Source: Candidatus Thorarchaeota archaeon (lineage in GTDB: Archaea > Asgardarchaeota > Thorarchaeia > Thorarchaeales > Thorarchaeaceae). From it: a stretch of 24,588 nucleotides of DNA. Location of the stretch: positions 15,169 to 39,756 of the forward strand of contig JBHLQM010000026.1 in NCBI GenBank assembly GCA_048884785.1, in the 5' to 3' direction. Below the pieces are notes generated by a model that made no database searches, had not been told where the DNA came from, and saw only the letters and a program-made list of their open reading frames with translations. The position numbers and the translations under genes are program-made. Of the stretch, positions 24,350-24,588 are shown one piece after another. Position 1 is the stretch's first letter; every line of letters begins with the position of its first letter.

Positions 24350-24479
24350 AGGTTATTATGATATCATTGGTTGTAAATATTATTCGATAGAGCGTATGAT
24401 TTGCAACAACTTCACAGGCTCTCTATTCTTGCATCTTTTTTGAAATCCTGCAGGTTGCTTTGCTGAATTCAAAAATGAA

Positions 24480-24588
24480 TGGTGGGCCGGCCCGGATTTG
24501 AACCGGGGATCCCTTGGAGTCTTGACCTAGGAACCTATGCTACTAGGTACCCAAACCAAGAATCATAGCCAAGCTAGACCACCGACCC
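24480..24588 (-). tRNA. tRNA-Pro(UGG) with a canonical 31-nt intron at 37/38 (24519-24549); CCA encoded
   Basis: Acceptor GGGTCGG/CCGGCCC-A-CCA, anticodon stem CTTGG/CCAAG with TGG at 24551-24553, T-arm CCCGG-TTCAAAT-CCGGG. BHB: central helix TTTG/CAAG, bulges GGT and ACT, inner helix ACCTAG/CTAGGT. Confidence 0.95.

Noticed and set aside
2425-24588. Integrated element bounded by the tRNAs (shared TGGTGGGCC ends)
   Set aside because: The shared sequence is just the acceptor stem plus CCA of two complete, different tRNAs. There is no integrase, and core housekeeping genes lie in between.

Overview
This is an archaeal chromosomal window. Trm1, Gar1, SRP19, a TFEbeta/RPC34-like protein, BHB-intron tRNAs and TATA/BRE promoters establish the domain, and the gene content looks Asgard/Thorarchaeia-like (an inference, not verified). 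The left and middle parts hold mostly housekeeping and uncharacterised genes: a tRNA-Ile(GAU) with two non-canonical introns, flavodoxin, a tandem-HTH protein, a TIM-barrel protein, a K+-independent membrane pyrophosphatase, a CruF-like membrane protein, an M29 peptidase homolog lacking its metal ligands, cyclophilin, trm1, rlmE, TFEbeta, gar1, srp19, dCMP deaminase, pyrB, an XRE regulator and a NIF3-like protein. The most interesting region is 18.6-23.0 kb. It is an arsenic-resistance-like locus bracketed by acr3 and arsR, with no ArsC, ArsA or ArsM in the window. Instead it carries a tightly coupled operon: a stand-alone HdrA N-terminal-like domain, a 2x[4Fe-4S] ferredoxin, a DGC domain fused to a GcvH lipoyl carrier, two more DGC proteins and a CxC thioredoxin-like protein. 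A shared ATYG-N8-CRAT palindrome lies upstream of each of its three putative units. The window ends exactly at the 5' end of an intron-containing tRNA-Pro(UGG). No mobile element or CRISPR array was seen. All family calls come from motif recognition by eye, not database searches.
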